A program made the position numbers and the translations under genes. From contig QIKG01000097.1 of the NCBI GenBank assembly GCA_003232965.1, forward strand, positions 1-40,406: a stretch of 40,406 bases of DNA, in the 5' to 3' direction. Shown here in pieces: positions 17,864 through 26,342 of the stretch. Each line of letters opens with the position of its first letter. Within the stretch, counting starts at the first letter, position 1. The notes below the pieces were generated by a model. It was not told where the DNA came from. It was given only the letters and a program-made list of their open reading frames with translations, and ran no database searches. The stretch comes from Oceanospirillales bacterium (GTDB lineage: Bacteria > Pseudomonadota > Gammaproteobacteria > Xanthomonadales > SZUA-36).

Positions 17864-19684
17864 ATGAAGTATTCATCAGACGGCGCTAGTATGAATCTTG
17901 CTGCTGCCCCTTATTCAGGTGCATTTTTTAAAAACGTTCATTTCTGGACACCACCAGTATCAACCATAAAACCTAGGAAGAAAAAACCTAACTCCTCTCT
18001 ACGAATGGCTGGGATTGTAAGCAAAAGATTATATGAAGGCCTAAAATATGAGGGCAAGTTATTCCTACTAACACCAAATAACTGGGGCGAGATTTTGCAG
18101 TATGGAAAGCTCGACTTACTTATTGTCGAGTCATGTTGGGAAACTGCAACTGGTGATTGGTATCTGTCACAAGTTACCATTAATGAACAAACAGCACTTT
18201 TAGTAAAATTAATACGGTTGGCTAAAAAACTTTCTATACCATGCGTCTTCTGGAATACTAAAGATCATCTATACCACAGTCATTATGAAGACTTTGCAAA
18301 ACAATTCGATTATATTTTTTGTGCTGATCCTAATGTTGTTGAGTCATTACGAAAACAGCACATAAAAGCAAATATACTCCTTCCCGCAATCCAGCCTGCA
18401 CTCCATAATGCTTTTAGAGAACATGGGGATACCAACGAATTTGAACTCGGTATCCTATTTGATGGCTGGGTAGATCTGATACGCCATTCGGAAAAGCTGC
18501 AAGTACTAAGCATATTGAAAAAATATGGGTTAGCAATAATTGAGTCTAAAGGACGACTGTTACGAGGGAAAATAGATGAACTCCCAGAGTATTCCAGTTC
18601 AATTCTCGGTTGTGTGACAAATGAAATAAGAAGAGTCTGTCTGAAATACGCAAAAACTGCGTTAACATTTGATGTGAGTACTTTTAGTAGCACAGAGCAA
18701 CAATGGAGAGCTCTTGAAATGGCGGGTTTTCGCCTACCGGTGCTGTACAGGGGAAAGTTACCAGATGGTGATATACGGAAAAATATCGTAGATGAGCAAA
18801 TGACAGATAAGGCCCTGATACAAAGGCTTAATCATTTTAAAAACAATGATTTAGATAGGAAAAAAATCGGACACCTTGCTTGGCGTGAGGTCTACAGTAA
18901 CCATACCTTTTCCCATCGCTTACAGTCTATCTGCATGGAGCTAGGGGTTTTTCATGATTGGATTGAGTTTCCTGCAATTAGCATGATTACACCTACCTTT
19001 CGTGTAGAACTGCTAACACGTTGCATCGAGACATTTGAAAAGCAGTCATACCCAAATAAAGATTTAGTTCTTGTCATTAATAGCAATAGACAAGACTTAC
19101 CAGGAGTTGGTGACCTAGTTTCTGACAAAGAGGACATTCAAGTAATACAGATGCCACAAGAGTGTTTCGTGGGTGGTTGCTTGAATATAGGGAATGCTAT
19201 AGCAAAAGGAGAATACTGTCTAAGAGTTGATGATGATGACTTCTATGGTAAATATTGTATTTCTGATATTTCACTTCATTTAAAATCAATAGATATAGAC
19301 TTATTCGGCAAACCGACTCCTTACTTTTTTTTTGAGGGTGACGAATGTGTGTATGAACGACCATTCAGGGTGCCTGATCTGACTATCATTCCGCCAAATG
19401 AACTCGAAGACTGGACCACACATGTTGCTGGTAACCTACTAGGTGGCAAGAGAGAATTTCTTCTTTCCACAGGTTACCCAGATAACGCTTTCGCAGCTGC
19501 CGATAGTAGCTTCTTATATTCTTTGAGTGAAAAAGAGTTTAATTACTGTTGTTTGGATAGTGCTAATATGGTCATTTATCGAGGTTTGAATTTACAGAGC
19601 CATACTTGGAGGCTACCTAAGCATCGTATTCTTGATAATGCAACCGCGCTTGATCAAGAAACACCAAGCGATATGATGTATTAA
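17864..19684 (+). CDS. bifunctional glycosyltransferase (CgeB/DUF3880-like N-domain plus GT2 C-domain)
   Basis: The N-domain has LDLLIVESCWETATGDWYLSQV..IPCVFWNTKDHLYHSHYEDFAKQFDYIFCAD, a CgeB-like GT pattern (from memory). The C-domain has ISMITPTFRVELLTRCIETFEKQSYPNKDLVLVINSN and RVDDDDFYG, typical of GT2. Confidence 0.7.
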   Translation: MKYSSDGASMNLAAAPYSGAFFKNVHFWTPPVSTIKPRKKKPNSSLRMAGIVSKRLYEGLKYEGKLFLLTPNNWGEILQYGKLDLLIVESCWETATGDWYLSQVTINEQTALLVKLIRLAKKLSIPCVFWNTKDHLYHSHYEDFAKQFDYIFCADPNVVESLRKQHIKANILLPAIQPALHNAFREHGDTNEFELGILFDGWVDLIRHSEKLQVLSILKKYGLAIIESKGRLLRGKIDELPEYSSSILGCVTNEIRRVCLKYAKTALTFDVSTFSSTEQQWRALEMAGFRLPVLYRGKLPDGDIRKNIVDEQMTDKALIQRLNHFKNNDLDRKKIGHLAWREVYSNHTFSHRLQSICMELGVFHDWIEFPAISMITPTFRVELLTRCIETFEKQSYPNKDLVLVINSNRQDLPGVGDLVSDKEDIQVIQMPQECFVGGCLNIGNAIAKGEYCLRVDDDDFYGKYCISDISLHLKSIDIDLFGKPTPYFFFEGDECVYERPFRVPDLTIIPPNELEDWTTHVAGNLLGGKREFLLSTGYPDNAFAAADSSFLYSLSEKEFNYCCLDSANMVIYRGLNLQSHTWRLPKHRILDNATALDQETPSDMMY

Positions 19685-19705
19685 ATGTGACAAATTACTT
19701 ATAAA

Positions 19706-20821
19706 ATGAAAATTATATACATAACTAGGGCAGCCTTTGGTTTGTTAGGTGGCGCAGACAGCTATCTTATACCTACATATGCAAATAAAAAGTGCGATGT
19801 TACGGTCCTATCAAACTTCATACCCCATTCTAAAGAGAAAGTTGTTTTTAGTTGCCCAGATCTCGAAATTCATGATGTATATTCCCGCAATACTACAGAA
19901 AGAGTTTTGAAGGTCTTAAATCATATATATAAAATAAAGCCGGATATTATACATATCTTCCACGGGCCTGATTGCTTAAGATACCCATATTTGCTACGAG
20001 GGTTAACCCCAAATGTTAAATGGGTATTAGATTTTCGATCCCCGCCTGTAACAAAAAACCGTACAGAACTTAACAAAGTGTTGTGGCGCTACTTTTTATG
20101 TCAATTTTATTATGACCAAATCCTGACTCACTCAAAGTTAACAATTAAGGATAATTTGCCTTTTCGTTTTAAAAGATTTATCGAGCTACCCCTAGGGGTT
20201 GAGTTAGCAAAAATTCCATTTGCAAATATCGGCAAACTAAAGCCTGTGAAGTTTGTATATATTGGAAGTGTAACAAAATCACGTCAACTTTTTTTACTGG
20301 TCGAATCATTTGCAAAATTCGCAGCCAACACTGAAGCAAGAGTTACTTTAGATATAATTGGTGATGGGAATGCAGTTGGTCCAATCAATGAACTAATATC
20401 TTCTAAGAAAATTAATAACCATGTGCAATTAAAAGGGTTTTTACCTCAACATGAAATTTATAAAATCATGCAAAATTATGATGTTGGAATAGCGTATGTA
20501 CCTTATGATAAATTTACAAGAGCACCATCCTTAAAATCCTTGGAATATGCTGCAGCAGGCTTACCTGTTCTAGCTTCTGATACTAAAGGACATAAAGACT
20601 TTGTTAATCGGTTTGGTTTTAAATTCGATCTTTTTAAAAACTCATCTAACGGGATCATAGATGCTTTTGAATGCTTTCTTAAAGATGGTGTATCACACAC
20701 TAAAATTAACAATAATCTTAAAGTAGTTAAAACCTTTGACTGGGAAAATCTTATTGAGAATATTCTTATACCAACATATACGAAATTATTGAAAACTCAC
20801 CATAACCTAACAAAGAAGTGA
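19706..20821 (+). CDS. glycosyltransferase family 4
   Basis: FVYIGSVTKSRQL and LEYAAAGLPVLASDTKGHKDFV form a GT4 C-terminal Rossmann/EX7E-like region. Confidence 0.8.
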   Translation: MKIIYITRAAFGLLGGADSYLIPTYANKKCDVTVLSNFIPHSKEKVVFSCPDLEIHDVYSRNTTERVLKVLNHIYKIKPDIIHIFHGPDCLRYPYLLRGLTPNVKWVLDFRSPPVTKNRTELNKVLWRYFLCQFYYDQILTHSKLTIKDNLPFRFKRFIELPLGVELAKIPFANIGKLKPVKFVYIGSVTKSRQLFLLVESFAKFAANTEARVTLDIIGDGNAVGPINELISSKKINNHVQLKGFLPQHEIYKIMQNYDVGIAYVPYDKFTRAPSLKSLEYAAAGLPVLASDTKGHKDFVNRFGFKFDLFKNSSNGIIDAFECFLKDGVSHTKINNNLKVVKTFDWENLIENILIPTYTKLLKTHHNLTKK

Positions 20822-20911
20822 TATCCTCCCAGCAACCATTAGCCCAGAGCAGGAACAGGTCATGGTCCCTATTTTTGAAATAGGTTAATAATCAGGGGAA
20901 TACAGATACAG

Positions 20912-21062
20912 ATAATGGTAAGTTTAATAGCAAATGGAGCGCAGTATTTAAAGACGTTAAAAAAACTAAATTACAATCAATAAACCTAAATATGAGCTTG
21001 ATAAATCACGATATGAGAACCACAAATTAGACCTACAAGCGAAAACGAGGCTAAAGAATTAG
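20912..21062 (+). repeat. decayed partial duplicate of the 5' part of the downstream coiled-coil ORF
   Basis: 20932-20940 equals 21121-21129 (AAATGGAGC). 20994-21030 matches 21205-21241 at 32 of 37 nt (GAGCTTGA..ATGAGAACCACAAATTAG). The offsets are 189 and 211 nt, so indels break the frame, and the copy carries several stops. Confidence 0.6.
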
Positions 21063-21081
21063 AAAGCCCTTAAAGTCTCGA

Positions 21082-21720
21082 TTGAAATCACTAAAGACAG
21101 AAAATGGCAACCGGTATAAAAAATGGAGCAGAGTGGTGAAAGAGATTAAAGAAACAGATTTAGAAAAAGCACAAATCCAATTGCAATCAAGAGTACTTAA
21201 AAAAGAGCTTGAGGAATATCGAGATGAGAACCACAAATTAGTCAAATATACAGAGGACTTGTCAAGCTCTTTAAAAAATATAGTCAAAGAATATAAATAC
21301 GAATACTTACTATTAGTAGAACAGTCTGATCGGGTTACATTTGACAATCAGAGATTGACTGAGAAACTAAATAATAGACTGCATGAAATATCTGAACTCC
21401 ACGTTTTGCTTGAAAACACTACAGTAGCATCTCAGTCCTTTCAAAATACCTCTACTATACGAATAAAAAAGATTGCTAAATTACAACAAAACCAACGTGA
21501 GTTAATCAGCAAGATCAAAACCTTACAATCTAAAAATGGAAACAAAGAAAATAGAATTATTCAAAAAGAAAAAGCAATCTTACAATTACAAACTTCATCA
21601 TCCATAAGGATTGGGCAAACATTTGTACAAGCTCTAAGTCAACCTGGGAAGAAAACAATTTTCTTCCCATACTATTTTCTTAAAGCCGTTTTTGAGGCAG
21701 CTTTTGTACATGAAAGGTAA
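21082..21720 (+). CDS. coiled-coil protein of unknown function with a hydrophobic/amphipathic C-terminal tail
   Basis: 212-aa Lys/Glu/Gln-rich heptad-like sequence with a TTG start (the start is uncertain; GTG at 21133 is an alternative). The tail is SSSIRIGQTFVQALSQPGKKTIFFPYYFLKAVF. No family was recognised. Confidence 0.45.
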   Translation: MKSLKTENGNRYKKWSRVVKEIKETDLEKAQIQLQSRVLKKELEEYRDENHKLVKYTEDLSSSLKNIVKEYKYEYLLLVEQSDRVTFDNQRLTEKLNNRLHEISELHVLLENTTVASQSFQNTSTIRIKKIAKLQQNQRELISKIKTLQSKNGNKENRIIQKEKAILQLQTSSSIRIGQTFVQALSQPGKKTIFFPYYFLKAVFEAAFVHER

Positions 21721-21883
21721 GCTAAGCATCTTTGCAGTACCTATTCCCCATTAGTTGTATGATTGATAGAGCTGTAATTCAACCACAGGTCAGATTAATA
21801 CCTAGGAACCCAACACGCTGTCAAGATGGTTGATAGTTTGACTAGGTAATCACAGACATAGGATATTAACGGAAGTTAAATTA

Positions 21884-23569
21884 ATGAAAAGCATGGCAAA
21901 TAGAAAAGCAATTATTGTCATTGGGTCCGGTCGCAGCGGGACCTCTCTGGTAATGCAAGTTTTAAACTACTTAGGGGTTAGCCCCCTGGGGAAATTGCTC
22001 AAAGGAGATGTTAGCAATCCAAAAGGATTTTTCGAAGATACACGAATTCTTGAAATTCATAGGAGGCTCCTTAAATCTATCCAGCCACATACAAGTTTAC
22101 CGCTTTTGCCAGGTTGGTTAAGCAGCCCTGAAGCTGCGGAAGCTAAAGCAGCTTTAATAGGACATATCCATTCCAAAATTGATAATAAACAAACATTTGC
22201 TGTAAAAGACCCGCGTACATCTCTGCTGATTCCCCTCTGGCGTGAAGTATTAGTAAGTTTCAGTATTGAGCCTGTTTTTGTGATGAGTTATCGCGATCCC
22301 ACTATGGTATTTGAGTCCATGCAAAAATACAATAGTAAACCAGATGATTGGGGTCAGGGTTTATGGGATACACGCATTGTACACTCTGTCGTTGATACAG
22401 ATTGCAAATTCTTACCCATTAATTATGACCATTGGTTTGATTCCCCCACTGAAGTCATTTTAGCTCTTGCGAAAGCATGTGGCATTCGTCAGAACGCCAA
22501 AGTTAATGCCTTAATACAACAGCCAGACCTGATTATTAAATCTGATCTTAAACGCTCATTAAACAGCAGTGTTTATCAGCAAAAAGTTCCCAGTCATTCA
22601 CAAAAAATGTATGCATTAATACAAGCCTTTCAAAAAAACAAAGACTACTGCAAGGACTTATTAAATTATTGTGTTTATTTCAAAGAGTTTTATGATTCCT
22701 TAGTGTATGTTTCTTCCAGCTTTTCTAAACTTGAGAGTGAAAGAAACGAGGGGATAAAGCCTAGCCAACTGCTTGAGCAAATTGTCGCAGAGAGAGAAGC
22801 CATATTAACCACCCAAAAAGCAAGAAAACTGGAACACAAAGCTTTTCTTGCCAGTCTGGAAGAATTGCGTAAAAATCAGGGCAGCCTCAAAACTGAAATA
22901 CAGGGCGTTAGCCATCAGGGTCAGTCGCTCGATGGCATTGCCACTTTATTGCAACAACGCCTTGAGCTTGAAAAAACCGAAGGCCACAAAGTCAGCCAAC
23001 TGCTTGAGCAAATTGTTGCAGACAAAGAAGCCATCTTAACCACTCAAAAACAACGGGCACTGGAACACGAAGCTTTTCTTGCCAGCTTGGAAGAATTGCG
23101 TAAAAACCAGGGCAGCTTAAAAGCAGAAATTCAAAGCCTCTCACATCAAGGTAGCTCACTAAATAAAATCATTAATCTGCTTCAGAAACGCTTTGAGCAT
23201 GATAGAGAGGAAGAGCACAAATCCAGTCAGTTACTTGAGCAACTTTTAAACGATAAAGATGTCTCATTGAATGCCCTCAACCAAAGAACCGAAGAGCAAA
23301 GCAAAATGATCTCAACGCTACAAACAGGGAATATTAACAAGGACAGTGAGATATCCTTTCTACAGAAAGAGATAGAACGACTCAATAAACAAAATACTGG
23401 GATTAAAACTAAGAACATCAACTATCGTGAACGAAATAAAAATTATCGTGAAAAAGAGAAATATCACAGTGCGCGAATGGCTGAGCTTCGTTATCGCTTA
23501 ACCACCACACAAAAAAAGTTATCTGCGCTCGAAAACCAGTCCGTAATTAATAAAATCTTTAGAAAATGA
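21884..23569 (+). CDS. sulfotransferase domain fused to a long C-terminal coiled coil
   Basis: The N-domain has a 5'-PSB-like IIVIGSGRSGTSLV and a 3'-PB-like SYRDPTMVFESM. From residue 294 onward it is continuous Lys/Glu/Gln/Leu-rich heptad-like sequence, including two 77-aa repeats. Confidence 0.75.
   Translation: MKSMANRKAIIVIGSGRSGTSLVMQVLNYLGVSPLGKLLKGDVSNPKGFFEDTRILEIHRRLLKSIQPHTSLPLLPGWLSSPEAAEAKAALIGHIHSKIDNKQTFAVKDPRTSLLIPLWREVLVSFSIEPVFVMSYRDPTMVFESMQKYNSKPDDWGQGLWDTRIVHSVVDTDCKFLPINYDHWFDSPTEVILALAKACGIRQNAKVNALIQQPDLIIKSDLKRSLNSSVYQQKVPSHSQKMYALIQAFQKNKDYCKDLLNYCVYFKEFYDSLVYVSSSFSKLESERNEGIKPSQLLEQIVAEREAILTTQKARKLEHKAFLASLEELRKNQGSLKTEIQGVSHQGQSLDGIATLLQQRLELEKTEGHKVSQLLEQIVADKEAILTTQKQRALEHEAFLASLEELRKNQGSLKAEIQSLSHQGSSLNKIINLLQKRFEHDREEEHKSSQLLEQLLNDKDVSLNALNQRTEEQSKMISTLQTGNINKDSEISFLQKEIERLNKQNTGIKTKNINYRERNKNYREKEKYHSARMAELRYRLTTTQKKLSALENQSVINKIFRK
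22763..23455 (+). repeat. in-frame tandem repeat, period 231 nt (77 codons): two well-conserved units plus a diverged third
   Basis: Units start at 22763, 22994 and 23225. Units 1 and 2 begin AGCCAACTGCTTGAGCAAATTGT and are close to identical by eye over the first ~130 nt. Unit 3 begins AGTCAGTTACTTGAGCAACTT. Confidence 0.85.
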
Positions 23570-23661
23570 CTTCTATCTGAAATTATTACTTGAATACAAT
23601 AAAAATTATATTATAAATGAAAAAGCCGATGCTTCTTACTGGTATGTCAAGGACTTATACG

Positions 23662-23690
23662 AGATCACTTAATGTGATCTTTTATCTTCT
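23662..23690 (+). terminator. candidate intrinsic terminator after the sulfotransferase-coiled-coil gene
   Basis: AGATCAC-ttaat-GTGATCT hairpin (7 bp) followed by TTTTATCTTCT. The stem has only 3 GC pairs. Confidence 0.35.
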
Positions 23691-23716
23691 CAACAACAGA
23701 TTTTGAGACTGCGTTT

Positions 23717-24610
23717 ATGAGACCCACACCCATTCACCTTCAGTTTGCCACAAGAAAAAGCGATGTTAAGACTTTGCGACCTTTTATCGAACAGGCTGAG
23801 AATACTCATAGTTATATCGCAGAGAGACTTTTCAATTTACAAACGAACATAGTTATCACGGATAAAAATCCGGATTACTTAATCATTATTAACAACCCGA
23901 ATTACGAGATATTACACCCACGCGAAAAAACAATCGGTATAGTAACAGAGCCTTCATGGTCTCCGAATTTTACTTCCGAATATTTCCAGAAGAGGTGTTC
24001 AGTTGTAATTTCTCATTTTTTTGCTCCCACTGATAACGCTATTTATGGTCATAGCTTATGTTTACCGTGGGTTACGACAAAAGATGTATCTGTAATTCCT
24101 GAGAAGTCAAAAAAGTTAAGTATCATCCTTTCTCCACTAAAACCCAGAATAGAAAGGTCAAAAGCCAATTATCTCTTTCGCCACAACTTGATAAAGTTGA
24201 TTCTCGACTCAGATATTGATTGCGACATTTATGGCGATTGGGCTGGCACAGATTCAAGGCTGAAGGGGTTCGTAGAAAATAAGATTGACGCTCTTTTGCC
24301 TTATGAGTTTTCGGTAGCCATAGAAAACACATGTGAAGCCGGCTACAGCACCGAAAAACTAATTGATTGTTTTTTAGCGCAGACACAACCAGTGTACATG
24401 GGTGATCCTTTTGCACAACTCCATTACGGTGACAACGCCATAATCCCCATAGATAGAGACAACCCATTAGAGGTTTTGCAAAAAATCAACAATAAAGAAA
24501 TTAAATATAACTATGATGCAGTTTTAAAGGCAAAAAACAAATACTTATCCTCATACAACTTGTTTAAAAGAGTGCTTGAGGTTATCGATGATTTAGAGTC
24601 ATCAAAGTGA
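23717..24610 (+). CDS. GT10-family fucosyltransferase (alpha-1,3/4-FucT-like)
   Basis: LLPYEFSVAIENTCEAGYSTEKLIDCFLAQTQPVYMG matches the GT10 signature (..F.ENs...gY.TEK..d......P.y.G). The GDP-fucose genes gmd and fcl are in the same window. Confidence 0.75.
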   Translation: MRPTPIHLQFATRKSDVKTLRPFIEQAENTHSYIAERLFNLQTNIVITDKNPDYLIIINNPNYEILHPREKTIGIVTEPSWSPNFTSEYFQKRCSVVISHFFAPTDNAIYGHSLCLPWVTTKDVSVIPEKSKKLSIILSPLKPRIERSKANYLFRHNLIKLILDSDIDCDIYGDWAGTDSRLKGFVENKIDALLPYEFSVAIENTCEAGYSTEKLIDCFLAQTQPVYMGDPFAQLHYGDNAIIPIDRDNPLEVLQKINNKEIKYNYDAVLKAKNKYLSSYNLFKRVLEVIDDLESSK

Positions 24611-24679
24611 AAGACTAAGCTCATCATTACCAAACAGTCAATTCTAATTTGGTATGCCACCTAGCTCGTCCTATCATAA

Positions 24680-26266
24680 TTAGTTTACTTGCTTTTTTAT
24701 GGATTCTTCCCCCCGTATTCTTTTGGTGTCTAATTTCATCAGCATCTTAATAACGGGCTTAGGCTCATTGAAATCCAAAAGCCTATCAAAACTTTCCTTC
24801 TCATTTACCAAACATCGGGCAACCGAGGCCACAATGCGAGAAGTGGTATTGTATGGCTTTGAGTAGTGTGCGAGGGTCTCTCTATTCGCACAATGATTAT
24901 CTGTTTGAAGGACAGAGAGACTTACCATGTGTCTATCTTCATAAAAAAATTCGGGATCTTCTTCTGCCTTTATGCCCCTGCTCATCCATGCGCCATGATC
25001 ACCAAAGACTACCAACATGGCTGATGGGTCATTGATGCTTATTATGCTTGCTGCTTTTTCTAAAATTTTATCTAACTGTTCAGCACCATCTAGGAAGTAG
25101 TTTCGATACGCATCTTGTGCATCAAGGTCAGTATGACGATAATTTTTTTTCACATGACCATTTGGTCGATATGAGTAAAATATTTTAAGTTGCGGTGCTT
25201 TACTATTAGCCCCATCTCTAACCTCTTCCAATACCTTTTCAGGCCATGATTTGCCAGTATATTTAATAATTGTTTTCCGGCCAAACAGTTTTGTAGTTAA
25301 ATGCGTGATATTTTTAAACTCGCCAATGTTGACACATACACCAAACGCTCTTAATTTATGATATAAACTATCAGCGACATCCACGCACTGAACTGTATCA
25401 CTCAATGTATGAAACTGACCGATAACATATCGATCTATGTATGGGCCTTTTTCTCCAAAATAATAACTAGCATACCCGGTTGTTACCTCATAACCATTTT
25501 GCTTGAACAAGGTACTAAGAACTGATGGTTTCATACCATTAAAATAGTCCCTACTATTAGTGAGACCTCTCTGGTCAAGGCGCATTACCCCGTTAAGGGA
25601 TGGTTTAGTTGGCACAGACACTGATGCAGAATGCTCAAACTCGATGAAAGATTTTTTGAGTTCTCTCTCATAAGGAAGTTTTTCTATCCCTAAGTATTTT
25701 TTTGCAATATACGGTGGAATCATTGAGTCAAATGCCAATAAGTAAACATTTGGCCTCTGCTCAAAGGTAATATCTGAAAATTGCTCTAAAAAGTGATTCT
25801 CAGTAGCTGTCAATTTGACCTCTGTCCCAAAGGCAGCCTTATCTGTGGTGACCAGTGGTGCCAGAACAAAAACAACTGCAACAGCTAGATAAAATACAAT
25901 ATTGGGTACTGATGGGAGCACTTTTTTATAGGCAAGTAGCAACAAAACAACTATGAAGCTAATAAGAAATATGCCAAGATAACCGCTTGTAAGGTCAGAG
26001 AAAGTATTAGTGTAAATCAGCTTGAGCTCAAGTGCTGATAATGCAATAAAACTTGCAATGGCTAGAGTATATAACCGTGTCGAAATAAGTCCAATTAATG
26101 TAATTAAAAACAAACTGGCCAAGGCTACAAGAAAAATATATACATAAACTAGCAGTGCGCTTTCTAAACTTTCATTTAATATAAGCTGTAATACTGGCTC
26201 GAAAGCCAGACACAATGAGAGGAAGAAGCTAAAGCTACTCCATTTAACCTTTTCAGTTAACGTCAT
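24680..26266 (-). CDS. membrane-anchored alkaline-phosphatase-superfamily enzyme (sulfatase/LtaS/phosphoglycerol- or phosphoethanolamine-transferase-like)
   Basis: About 5 N-terminal hydrophobic spans precede a soluble domain with PNVYLLAFDSMIP and MLVVFGDHGAW, which look like metal/nucleophile motifs of the sulfatase-like fold. There is no C/S-x-P-x-R arylsulfatase motif. Confidence 0.65.
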   Translation of the reverse strand: MTLTEKVKWSSFSFFLSLCLAFEPVLQLILNESLESALLVYVYIFLVALASLFLITLIGLISTRLYTLAIASFIALSALELKLIYTNTFSDLTSGYLGIFLISFIVVLLLLAYKKVLPSVPNIVFYLAVAVVFVLAPLVTTDKAAFGTEVKLTATENHFLEQFSDITFEQRPNVYLLAFDSMIPPYIAKKYLGIEKLPYERELKKSFIEFEHSASVSVPTKPSLNGVMRLDQRGLTNSRDYFNGMKPSVLSTLFKQNGYEVTTGYASYYFGEKGPYIDRYVIGQFHTLSDTVQCVDVADSLYHKLRAFGVCVNIGEFKNITHLTTKLFGRKTIIKYTGKSWPEKVLEEVRDGANSKAPQLKIFYSYRPNGHVKKNYRHTDLDAQDAYRNYFLDGAEQLDKILEKAASIISINDPSAMLVVFGDHGAWMSRGIKAEEDPEFFYEDRHMVSLSVLQTDNHCANRETLAHYSKPYNTTSRIVASVARCLVNEKESFDRLLDFNEPKPVIKMLMKLDTKRIRGEESIKKQVN

Positions 26267-26342
26267 TATAAAAACTCAAGTTGATAATGTGGTCTTGTCT
26301 TATACTCAGCTTACTTGTGCCTAGGCGCAATTTGAGCTCACC

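Noticed and set aside
21884-22700. The GSGRSGTS P-loop of the coiled-coil protein, considered as a kinase (WbdD-like) rather than a sulfotransferase.
   Set aside because: The motif lacks the GxxxxGK[ST] lysine. It is paired with an RDP..S 3'-PB-like motif at the expected spacing, which favours a sulfotransferase. It still needs a profile search.
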